Assembly (NCBI GenBank): GCA_035084275.1
Contig: CM068744.1
Span: 23,374,001-23,438,000 of the forward strand
Reading direction: 5' to 3'
DNA length: 64,000 nucleotides
Source of the DNA: Hydrolagus colliei
Taxonomy: Eukaryota
The notes under the pieces were generated by a model. It had not been told where the DNA came from. It ran no database searches and saw only the letters and a program-made list of their open reading frames with translations. Of this stretch, positions 13,001 to 25,000 are shown piece after piece. The position numbers were made by a program, and so were the translations under genes. Each line of letters opens with the position of its first letter. Within the stretch, counting starts at the first letter, position 1.

Positions 13001-16000
13001 TCTTATTTTGATATTGTGGAATATTTCATGCTCCTGTATAAAATTACATTCTTTGTAGTTCTAATGAATTGTACTGATTACTTTGGTAGGGAGATGTGCT
13101 TGAGCTCTGTGTTATGTATTCAGGAACACAGGTTTATTTCCCTCGAGCACTCCATAAAGCAGTGGTTTTCTGATGCAGCCCATTGAATAAGCTGACTGTT
13201 GTATATTTCTTCTTGTTGGAGAAACCATTAAAATGTTAAACAAAATGTTGCAAAAGCTATTGCTTATCATTAGTCAGCATAATTAACCAGCTGTTACTGT
13301 ATATTGACCAGACCAATTAATGAACAAAGTGTAATTTTTCATACAATTTATGCTTAAAGACATTGCAGCACTCATCAATGTACGTGAATTAGGACCAAGG
13401 TAAGTGTTCCTAATATGCTAGCAATTGATAAATTGATTTGTTCTTTTTCATTTATCAAAACTGTTTTCAAATCCCCATTTGTGTTTCTCTACGTGGGTTT
13501 ATTGTGGGTGTTGCTGTAAAATTTAAATATTAGATTTTTCTTGGTTTGTCAGTTGCCTGGAACCTGCAGAAACCCAACATCATGCTTAGGAATATCCAGG
13601 TCATACTGAGAGTTCCACACATATGTGCCACTTACATATGGAAATTTCCCTGTGTCCGCAATGGAAGGTGTACTCTCTCCCGGAAAGGGCATACCCAGCT
13701 TTCCTAATTCCAGACAGTACAAGTGCAGGTTGGGTTTGGATGCCCCATGGTGTGGGTTAGAATACTGCTGGAGTTTAACCAGTTAAAAATAAATAGCTTG
13801 CCCCACATTCAAAACACTGTCCGGTAAACTCCCTACTGCTTGTCTAGTTATAACAGGTGTTACCTGTTAGGAACAAAAACAGAGAGCTGGGAAAACTCAG
13901 CAGGTCAGGCAGCATCTGCAGAACTGATGAAGGGTCGTGCACACAAAACGTTGACGCACTTTTCTTTCTTCTTAGATGCTGCCTGACCTGCTGAGTTTTC
14001 CCAGCTCTCTGTTTTTGTTTCAGATTTCCAGCATCTGCAGTATTTTGTGTTTTGTTTATACCTATGAGGACTTTGTTGTGCAGGGTTAACAAGACCTCAA
14101 TAGGAACAATCCATTCTCCCAAAGGCTAGTTTGCTCCTCCAAGTTCTGTTGATGAGTTAAGTTGTCTGTCCATAATCAGCAGTGTCATGGATACTGCTGC
14201 CCCACTTAGGACCTGGGCTACCGAGGCTGCCAAACAGGGTTGACTCGATTCTGACACTTCATTGCTAAGTATATCAGCTGACTGGCCTGACTTACATATC
14301 TTTCCCCCACATTCCCCATCTCTGGGAGAAGGATTTTAGGAGAGTTGAAATAGAGTGAAAAATGTGGCTAGTACAGTACCAGACCAATTTTATGATCTCA
14401 TTGTTCAGGGATAAAACATTCTTGATACTCTTCTTTGTTGATGAAAGAAAACCATGTCTACACTCAAGCAGACACTGATTTTGTTTATGAAAGAACCTGT
14501 GATAATCTTTTTCCCAATTTTTGCATTTTCTTAGAAATGGTCTAGTCTTTCCATGACCACTTTGGCATTCTGTACCTGTAATGGGAAATCCCTCTAACCA
14601 TGTACATTATCAAAGTGTACTGCACTAAAATAACCAAACATGGAGCACTACCTCTTAGGTTGTTATCATGATTGAAGAAGTGGTTTGCTTGAATTGTCCA
14701 GGGACTGAGTTTGCAACAGTTCATACCCAAGAGGTTTTTCAGCTATGAATTTCAACATAGGTTCTCTATGTCCATTTAGCTCAATAGTTCTTTAACGTTA
14801 CTTTCCTGCATCAATGTTTAAAACAGTGTTCAAAAATAACCAAAAGGCTACTGATGTTGACCAAGAATTCTTTTAAGTTTAGTTTAAAAAGTTATTTGTA
14901 AATATGCTTCCATTGGCCAAACATAGAGCAGTATCTGTATTAATGGATGTGGAGACATCTACAACGTGCTTATCAATTCGGAGGATGATTGAAACTGAAA
15001 GCCTGTGAGATATGTAGGAAATATAGCAACTAGAGACATGAAAAAGACTAGAAAATATATACTGTATATGAAAAAGACCCTATGAAGAACATTCACAAGT
15101 TCAATAAATCATATCTGGGAACTAGATTTTAGCTCAGCCATCCATTTCCATTTCCACAGCAATCCTTAATTTATTGATGAGATTGTTCTACAATTATAAA
15201 CACACATTATTATGGTGTGGACACTGTTGTGGCTGTTTATTTAAACTTTTCTTTTATTTTTAGCATTCGACTTGTTTATGTGTAAATAAGATTTCCTCTG
15301 TTCTCTGTTTTAACAGTACGGATGCGCATAGATCGACTCAGTCTTGTAAAAGAGTGCATCACCCAGTGCCCGGCAGCTTATAAACAGTCAAAAAAGCTCT
15401 TGGGGCTTGCGGATTTGCTGAGAGTAGGGGGTAAGTGCTTGTTCTCCGTCATCTGCTGCAACAGATATGGTTACGTTTCATTGATTTGATGAAGGTAAAT
15501 GGTTATCAACAAAAAGTTGCTCATTCTTTCTTCAGTGTATCTGCACCAGCTAGTGCAGTCTTTGTGTTTTGTGGTGTAAATGAAATATAAGTTACTCGCA
15601 GATAACTCAATTTGCAGAATATTTCCTAGAAAATGTATTTTAAACAACAAAACTTTATTTTAACCAACTTTAGATTTTACAGCATTTATATACTAAATTT
15701 AAGGTATTGGATTCAAGGCACTTTGGATAAATATAAGGCCAAGAATGAATAGTGCTGGTAATTTTGGTCATATTTGGAGAGAATAAAAAATGTAATGTGT
15801 TTTATTATGGTTCAAAATATTCACATGATGGTTATTTTTCTGATTGAAGTGTCCCCTAGGAGTCGGTATTGGGATCACTGCTGTTTATGATCTATGTAAA
15901 TGACCTGGACTTGGGTATAGCAGAGCTGCCAACCAGTACGTTTTTGCCGTATTTAGTACGATAAATTGAAGTAAATGCAGCAGTATGATTTTTCTTGTTA

Positions 16001-19000
16001 AAATACTTTTTTTTGGAAAATCNNNNNNNNNNNNNNNNNNNNNNNNNNNNNNNNNNNNNNNNNNNNNNNNNNNNNNNNNNNNNNNNNNNNNNNNNNNNNN
16101 NNNNNNNNNNNNNNNNNNNNNNNNNNNNNNNNNNNNNNNNNNNNNNNNNNNNNNNNNNNNNNNNNNNNNNNNNNNNNNNNNNNNNTCTTTCTCTGTGTGT
16201 CTCTCTCTGTCTCTGTGTGTCTCTCTGTCACTCTCTCCGTGTCTCTTTCCCTCTCTCTGTCTGTCTCGGTTGAGCTCTCTCTCTTTCTCTCTCTCTGTCT
16301 CTCTCTGTCTCTCTTTCTGTGTCTCTCTCTCTCTGTTTGAGTCTCTGGCTGTCACAATCTCACTCACAGTCTCTCTCTGTCTCAATCTCTTTAACTCTCT
16401 CTCTCCCTGCCTTCAATAACAGTGCTGCCTACCTTCTGCCGTCGCTGATACACTGTAAGTGTTAGCGCTAGGCGCAAGGCATTACTGGGAACAATTCTTT
16501 TCATATATGGAAACACAGTTGGGACCTCCCTCTTAATGCAATTTTTGCCACACGGGGGATTTTGAAGTCCCATTTTACTTGGCATCTTTTCGCGCTGTAA
16601 TTTTTTCATTAAGTACCGGTAGGTTCTGGGGAAAATACTTTTTTTTACTACAAAATACTGTTTTTAGCTTTCAGGAGTACTTTTTTTTGTTAAAAAAAGG
16701 TTGGCAGCTATGGTATAGGGAGTACAATTTCCAAGATTGGAGATGATACAAATGAGGAAAAGTAGTACACAGTGACGAGAATAGTGGCAGACTGCAAGAG
16801 GATATACACAGACTGGTAAAATGGGCGGACACGTGGAAAATGAAGTTTAATGTGAATCAATGTGAAATTATGCATTTTCGGAGGAAGAATGAGGAGAGGC
16901 AGTATAAGCTAGATGCTAAAATCTTAAAGGGAGTGAAGGAACAGAGATTCCTGGGGTTCATATAAGTAAATCTTTGAATGGCAGGACAAGTAGATAAAGC
17001 TGTTAAAAAAGCATACAGGATAATAAGATTTATAAATAGGGGCATAGAATACATAAGTTAAGAAGTTATGATGAACCTTTATAAAACCCTGGTTTTGTAA
17101 GCCTCAGCTGGAATACTATGTTCAGTTCTAGACACCACACTTTGGGAAGGATGTCAAGGTATTGGAGATGGTGCAAAGGAGATTTACTAGGATGGTACCA
17201 GGAGTTATCAGGGTAGGCTAGAAAAAGCTCCTTGGAACAAAGAATGTTAAGAGGAGATTTAATTGAAGTTTTCAAAATTAGGAGGGGACTTGATAAGGTG
17301 AACAAGGAGAAACTATTTCCACTGGCGAGTGGATCGGTAACCCAAGCACACCGATTTTAAATAGTTGTTAAAAGAAACAGAGGGGGGGTGAGGAGAATTG
17401 TTTTTGATGCAGCGAGTTGTTTGGATCTGGATTGCATTGCCTGAAAGTGTGGTGGAAGCCGATTCGATAACAACTTTTAAGAGAAAAGTAGATAATTATT
17501 TTGGGAGGACAAGTTTGCAGGACTATGTGGTGAGGGCAGGGGAATGGGATTGATTTGGACAGCTCTTTTGAAATTTGAAATGGCCTCCTTCTGTGCTGAA
17601 TAATTGTATGATTTTATGTAGAAAGCTGGTTGTTATTCGATTGGTGGATTGCTTTACCGGGGATAATAATCCCTTAAAAATATATAATAATAATAATAAT
17701 AATAAGTTGGTCACTGAGTCCACGACTGTTTGTGTACAATTGGTTGCCATGTTTCGCCTGCAAAGTATACAGTCAATTCACTTTATATTATAGTGAGGCA
17801 CTTTGTGATATCTCAAATGTTGTTATTATTACTATTGAGGAGAAACCATCCTTATTAAAAATAAGGGCAAGTTTCTTTACTCCACAGACCTGATAATAAT
17901 CCCTTTGAAAAAAATCAATAATAATTTGGTCATTTCAAACCACAACTGTTGGTGGGATACTGTTGTGCGAAATTGACTGCCGTGTTTCGCCCATAAATAT
18001 ACAGTCAATTCACTTTACAGTATATTCTGTGAAGCGCTTTGAGATGTCTAGAAGACATGAAAATCGCTATATCAAATGCAAGGATTTTTATTATTATTAT
18101 TATTAGCTAGAATTAGGTGTCAGGCTAATCTGGCTCATTTGGTAGGACTCATGCCTCTAAGTCAAAAGATTGTGCATTCAAGCCCCATATCTTGGGAGTA
18201 TCACGTCTTGGGACTTTGAGCTCATAGTCTATGGTGAGATTCCAGGGTGATGCTAATTACCGGTTGGTCTGCTTGATGTTCCCTGCCTAATCTGCTTCCC
18301 CATCAGTGGTCGAAGTTTCAGCCATTCTGCCCATACTCCCAGGAGAATCTCCACCTTTTACCCTCTCAGCTTTTAAATTCTGCCCTCGAAGACCTATCAT
18401 CCTGACTGTATTGTTGGCTTCAGACTCTCAGTCAGCTTTGTGCAGAATTTTGGAAACTCCAATGAAAACACATGGTATAAATGTAAATTGTTCTATTCAT
18501 TTTTCAAACATTTGCTGATTGACTATTATTTTCTACAGCACAAATTATTAATGCCGTTTTGGAATATAAAATGAAGTTTTCTTTATTAACAACAACAACT
18601 TTGATTTATATAGCGCCCTCCACGCCGGACGACGTCTCAGAGTGTTTTACAGTAGCGGATCCCGGGACCGAGCCAGGGGCAGGGGCAGAAAGGTGACCAA
18701 AAGCCCGGTCGAAGAGAAAGGTCTTCAGCTGTGACCTGAAATTGGGAAGAGAGAGGGTGAGGCAAAGGGAGTGAGGAAGGGAGTTCCAGAGCCTCGGGGC
18801 GTAGTGGCTGAAGGCACGGCCACCGAGGTTGGAGCGGAGGATTCGGGGGACATGGAGGAGGCCAGACCCAGAGGAGCGAAGGCAGCGGGTGCTGGTTTGG
18901 GGGGAGAGGAGATCAGAGAGGTAGGGGGATGCAGAGGAATGTAGGGATTTGAAAACAAGTGTGAGGATTTTGAAGTCGTTCCTCTCTGGGATAGGGAGCC

Positions 19001-22000
19001 AGTGAAGTCTGGCAAGACCTGGGGTGATGGGGGAGCGAAGCTTAGAGCGGGTGAGTATGCGGGCGGCAGAGTTTTGGATTAGCTGGATTTTGAGGATTGT
19101 GGTGGAGGGGAGACCGGCGAGGAGGGTGTTGCAAGAGTCCAGCCAAGAGGTGACAAAGGCGTGGACCAAGGTTTCAGCGGCTTTTGAGGTGAGGTATTGC
19201 TGGAGACGGGCGATCCGTCGGAGATGGTAGAGGTGGTATACTTGTAGGGTAATATAGACTTTGTCAACTAAATTTCCAGGGAAGGCTATTGAAGTTGAGT
19301 GTTACAAATGTAGTTCAGAAGGCAGTCTGAAACATTTTTTGGAGTGCAAAGCAGTTGAATGACTGCATGAGAAGGCAGTTTTGGTGTATGAAAAAATATG
19401 GTTTTGTCTTTCTTGTGAACATAATGGAAATTTGCTGAACTTTGTTTTGTGTATTTCCTTCCCCATGTGCTTGTCTTAGTTTAACTGTCTCCAACAGGAG
19501 TGAACATCAATTTGTTTGATAATAGTGTCTCGATTTTGCATTTTGATTTACCTTTTCCACCTTTTCTTTTTGTAATCTTAACAGGGCAAGATAAAGCACA
19601 GAGAAAAGGACAGGTCTTGGTGCTGTTGGCTGAGCAAGCGTTTCAGTGCCTGGATTACAAAGTTACTAGTATCCACTGCCAGGAGCTTATGTCTGCAGGT
19701 GACAGTCCAGTTTGATTATGCTAGGCTTTGCCCACTGCTTCAAGTCACAGTGAAGATCAGCCATGATCTTATTGATTGTCGGGACAGGCTCGAGAGGCCA
19801 AATGGCCTATTCTTGCTCCTTATTCTTATGTTCTTATGAGAATGTGGTGTTGGTTCAAACAGTAATATCTCTTCACCGATGTCGAAATTCAATTCTACAT
19901 CAATTTAAAAATATAAATTCCTAAAAATATAAAGCAATAAATCAAAATTTAAAAACTCCATGCACATTCCTGTGCATGGAGTTAGTCTGGTCGAATTGGT
20001 AAACTACTTTTTCAACTATCTCAGCTCTAGCAAAGTGTTCTGAGTTGGTTCCACCCCATTCACTAAGTGTGCATGTGGTTAACAATAACAACCACAAAAT
20101 TACATTTGTATAGCGCCTTTCACGTTGGGAGGATGTCCCAGGGCACTGGACAGTCAATGTTTCAGACCCGAGCTGGGGTTGGGATCGAGTAGGTGGAGGG
20201 AAGGGAGGGGATTTGGACCGTCGAAGAGGAGGGTCTTGAAGCCAGACTTAAAGGAGGTCAGGGAGAGCTGTGAGGCCAGGCGAATTCCAGAGGTTAGGGG
20301 CAGAGTGGCTGAAAACTCACCCACCGATGATGGGGCAGGTTGGGTCGGGGGGACATAGAGCTGGAGCCTACTGAGCGGAGGAGGCAGGCTGGTTGGTGGG
20401 GGTTTAGTAGGTCGCAAAGGTAGGGTTGGGTGAAGCCATGGAAGGCTTTGAAGGTCAGGACCAGGATCTTGAATTGAATCCTCTGGGTGATGGGGAGCTA
20501 ATGGAATCGGGTGAGAATGGGGGAGATAGGAGTCGCGGAGCTTGGAGAGGACACAGGTTAAGATTATGTTTCAAACGCGGTGGGCAGTAGGCAATTGTTT
20601 TTAGGAGAAAATGAAACAAAATGTTATGTGGGAGGAATTTTTTAAAATAATAATAATTTGATCACGCAATCCACGACTGTTTGTGGGACACTGCTGTGTA
20701 CAATTGGCTGCCGCGTTTCGCCCACAAAATGTACAGTCTGTGCACCTTACAGTATATTTTGTGAAGTGCTTTGAGACATCTAGAAGACAGGATAAGGTGC
20801 TATATCAAATCCAAGGATTATTATTATTATTTTGTGGCTAAGTCATCTCGCTTTACCTGGCTTTAATTAATGGAAATAATGGATGGTTGTTTATTTTTCT
20901 CCCACAGGTTACAGTGATGGTTGGCAGGTGTGCAGCAAACTAGGGCAAGCGGAAGGCTATCCTGACCTGGCCATTCGACAGGAATTGATGGCCTTCGCTC
21001 GCACTTACTGCCCTCCCAATGTTATCCAATCTCTGCTGGCTGTTAGCAGCTCATTACAGACCCAGGTATGGAAGAATAAACCATCCCGGGAAACTTCAAA
21101 GGACATGGTTATTTTGAAATTCTGCTGCTAAATAGAAGGGTTTTTTTTAAAAAAAATTCGAACGCAATGTTGCAGTCTTCCGTTTTACAAAAAAAAATTG
21201 AATGAAAAAAAAATCCCTGTTTTGCTTCTTGATTCTGCATTGTGGCAAGTTGTTCTGTCATCATATTAAATCATTTCATTACTTTAAGGAATAATTCAGG
21301 TTATTTTTAATTTGCTAGCTCGGTTCCTTTTTCTCTTGCACTCCCAAAGATTATGTACGTATAGATTGTCAGCATCTTTTATTGCTCTCTCCATACTGAA
21401 CACAATTATCTGTGCCTGATTATCCAATTTAATGGGGGAGGTAGTTAAATCTCTTCCATTGCCTTCCTGAGTCAGCTCCTACCTCACTGTTGCCTCCACA
21501 ACTCAACTGCTGGTTGTCATTTGCATGTTTCGGAACCTCAATAATTAGCCATGGGAAATTCACTCCATTGTAGAGCTGCCCAAATAGAAATTTGTCTGAA
21601 TTTCTATTATAACTCCACGTTTTGAGATTCACATTAGTTTTTAAACATCAAGTCTAAACCAATTTCAAAATGCCCCCAATGTAGAACTATTTTAACTGTT
21701 GCCCGATCGAAGGCAGACTTCTGACTAGTTGACTTAATCCATAGATACTTCGAGGACCTGCTTTTCATTTGTGGGCAATTTGCTAGTCCCCTACTCTTGG
21801 GAATATTAGTAGCCAGGAGTGTCGAATTTTCCATGTTTAAAATGTTAATTGCTCTAAATGTAAAACTGCTCCAGTTTTTATTTCTGCTTTTCACTTAATT
21901 TGAAAATCTGGAAATGGGAATAAATTAACCCCAAACTTGAAATAAACCTACACTCTATTTCAGACGATTAAAATCACACAAATTATTTTCTATTTTAGCT

Positions 22001-25000
22001 CATAATCTATATTGCTGGTAATGCATAGCATTGCTGGAGGTGCGGCATTTAGATGGGACATTAAGCTTAGTCCTATTTGCCTACACAAGTGAATGGTAAA
22101 GACCCCACACACTATTCAAAAAGAGAAGGGAGTTTCTCCTGGTGTCTTGATCAATTCTCCCAGATAAAAGCAAGTCATTCACTTCATGGTTGTTCATGGG
22201 ACATTCTTGGCACAAATTGGCTTGGCACATTTGCCTATAAATACATTCAACATACTTTACAGAAAAAAATTGCTGACTTCCCAGTTATCGCTAACTTCTA
22301 ATATCACTTCCCATATTTCCGGTGCATGTGCAAAGGAAGAAGTGATGTTGGAGGCAACCTGATACAAATTACAACAATAACCTGTATTTATATCACTAAA
22401 CTTATACAACCTACACATTTAGATATGTAATTATACAAATTACAACATAAATAATAATAATAATCCTTGCATTTGATATAGCGCTTTTCACATCTTCTAG
22501 AGAACAACAACTTTGATTTTTATAGCGCCCTCCACACCGGATGGCGTCTCAGAGTGCTTCACAGATTATACTGTAAAGTGAATTGACTATATGTGGGTCA
22601 CGGCAGCCAATCGGCAGCCAGATTTGACCAGTACCGTTGGACCTCCTTCACCTAAGGAAGGGTTTGCAGCCAAGCTGAATGTTGGAATCAAGAGTGGTGA
22701 AGCATAGGGTGGGCTTAGGATGGTGGCAAAGGCATGGTCAAAGAGGAAGATTTTGAGACTGTCCTTGAAGAAGGTAAGGGAGAGGGACAAGGCATAGGAA
22801 TCCTGGAATGGAGTAGGGGCAGAACACCTCCATCTGTGGGGCAGGCAGGGGAGGGCATATAGAGCAAGCCAGGCGCCACCAATTCCAACCAATGCCTTGT
22901 CAATATTCAACTGGAAAAGGTTAGTTCTCATCAAGAACTTCATTTTTCTGACGTAGGATCTGCCAAAACAGCAGTCGCAGATGATCTGAAAATCAACCAC
23001 TGATTTAGCCCAGGAAACTACAAACCAGCGTTAAATGTAGCAGTTTTGAGTTGGGAAGGTGTAAGTGGACATAAGATCACTTCATTGCTTCAAACTGCAT
23101 CCCAGTTACAAAACTCAACTGATTCTTCCAACATGTGTCTTGCGGTGTATTAGATCACACTCTTAAAGAGGTTTTCACTGTATTACAACAGAATGGTGTT
23201 AACATTTATAAAGTTCATTTTGTGCTGAGTAAAATCCTTGCAGGTTTATGCATTTGTGATTAGAATAGGTACAAGCAGCAGTTTGTTTCTTAGGAGCAAT
23301 TGGTGATAAATTTGAATGGTGCTAAGTTGGTTTATTACTTTTTTTTAAAATGTCTTTCCAGGTTCTGTATCACGCTGTGAATTATCAGATTCAACCGTCA
23401 GAGAGTTGCGAGTCTACGAATTCTGCAGCCTACACTCAGCAGGTCAGCACAGAACTGCCTTAAAAGCAGCACGATTCTTACTGCCTTTCTGAAATGGAAT
23501 ATTGCCTTTCAATCCCATGCATGAAATAAGAACGCTATTGTCTCATAACCTTTCAGGGGGAAATTAATAACAAAATGCTGTGTGTAATGAGATCTGACCA
23601 AGGATCTCACCCAAAAAGTTACCTCTCTTGCTCTTTTGATGCTTATCTATTTGCTGTGCATTTACAACAGCTGTTTCTCTTTCAGATTTTGAGCATATCA
23701 TGCTTTTTTGTTATGCTTGTGAATACTGTAATTGGATTATATTGCTAATTTTTTCTCTGCTTTTCCATCACACTGAGGATACAGTTCCAAATCTTGGTCC
23801 TCATCTTCAAAGTCCTCCATGCCCTCATTCCCTCCATTTCTGCAATCTCCTAACCCCCTACCAACCCGTCTGCTTTTCCACTCAGCGGGCTCCAGCCTGC
23901 TTCACCCCCCACACCTCATCCGGCCCACCATTGGTGGGTTGGGCTTCAGCCACTCTGTTTCCACACTCTGGATCTCCATCCTACGGTCCCTCCACCTCAC
24001 CCCATCCCTTGCCTCCTGCAAGACTTACCATAAGGTCCTCCTCTTCGACTGTTTGAAGAGTGCTTTTGATCAACCTCCATCCCCCACTGCCCTCCACCTT
24101 CCCCAATCCCAACCTCCTTCTTGGGTCCAAAATACTGTCTGTCCAGCGCCTTGGGACGTCCTCCCAACGTTAAAGGCACTATACAAATGTAATTTTGTTT
24201 TTGTTGTTGCTTGACCTCCCAAATGAGACAGTTCCATGGATACTGGCAGCCCTCAAGTCCTGCGTCTAAGTGGCCATTTTTTCATGGGTGTTGGTAGACT
24301 AATTATCAGCTCATGTGAATATTGTTCAGAAGCTTAAAATTATGTTTGAGTTCTTAATCATTTGTATGGAAGCCGGGTGGAGTCTTCCCCTCATCTGATA
24401 AGCAGGGTTCTGGACTTTTAGATTCACCTGGCGATAGAGCAGGTGTTCTAACACATAATCGTTTTGAGAGATCACACATTGGGAAAGTAAATGATTTTCT
24501 AAACCTTACTTGGTTTGTAAAAATACAAAAATAATTACATACCTACTTTTTATTCCTAGTGTAGATTGCAGCATTCTGTACAAATGTATCTGTTGATGTG
24601 TTAGGCTAGCTGAGGTGAGGCTACCATGCTTTAGTGGCATGTGTAGATGGTTTCTGCCATTCAAGGTTGTAGTGAACCTATTGTATCTCGATTTGAATTT
24701 ATAGGCAGATGCAAAGGCTTCAAGCAGTCAATCTACTGATCTGCTACAACGAACGACTGCTAAAACCATGAAGGTTCTCAGCAATACTTCTATGACAACT
24801 AAGGCAGTACTGCATGCCGTCAGTGATGCACAGTGGTGGAAGAAGTCCCTCAGTTACCTGCGTCCTTTACATGTAAGGTCTTTAATGTTCTTAGCTAAAA
24901 AATGTTTTTAATAATAATCCTTGCATTTGATGCAGCGCCTTATCAATGTCTTTGTGACATCTCAAAGCATTCACAGAATGCACTGTAAAGTGATTTGATT

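Larger units (their letters stand above)
15921..16712. mobile_element. Non-autonomous DNA transposon (P-like termini, superfamily uncertain)
   Basis: 14-bp TIRs cagagctgccaacc / ggttggcagctatg (1 mismatch). Flanking duplication gtatag (15915-15920, 16713-16718). Interrupts the CR1 frame and contains the N gap. Confidence 0.8.
15845..17620 (+). mobile_element. CR1 LINE 3' part, split by a DNA transposon at 15921-16712
   Basis: RT motifs run across the insertion ([19 protein letters not shown] | [11 protein letters not shown]). CR1 3' end tggcctccttctgtgctg...tatgatt. Confidence 0.88.

Noticed and set aside
15885-16419. ORFs containing X runs
   Set aside because: Artefacts of the N gap and the (CT)n repeat.
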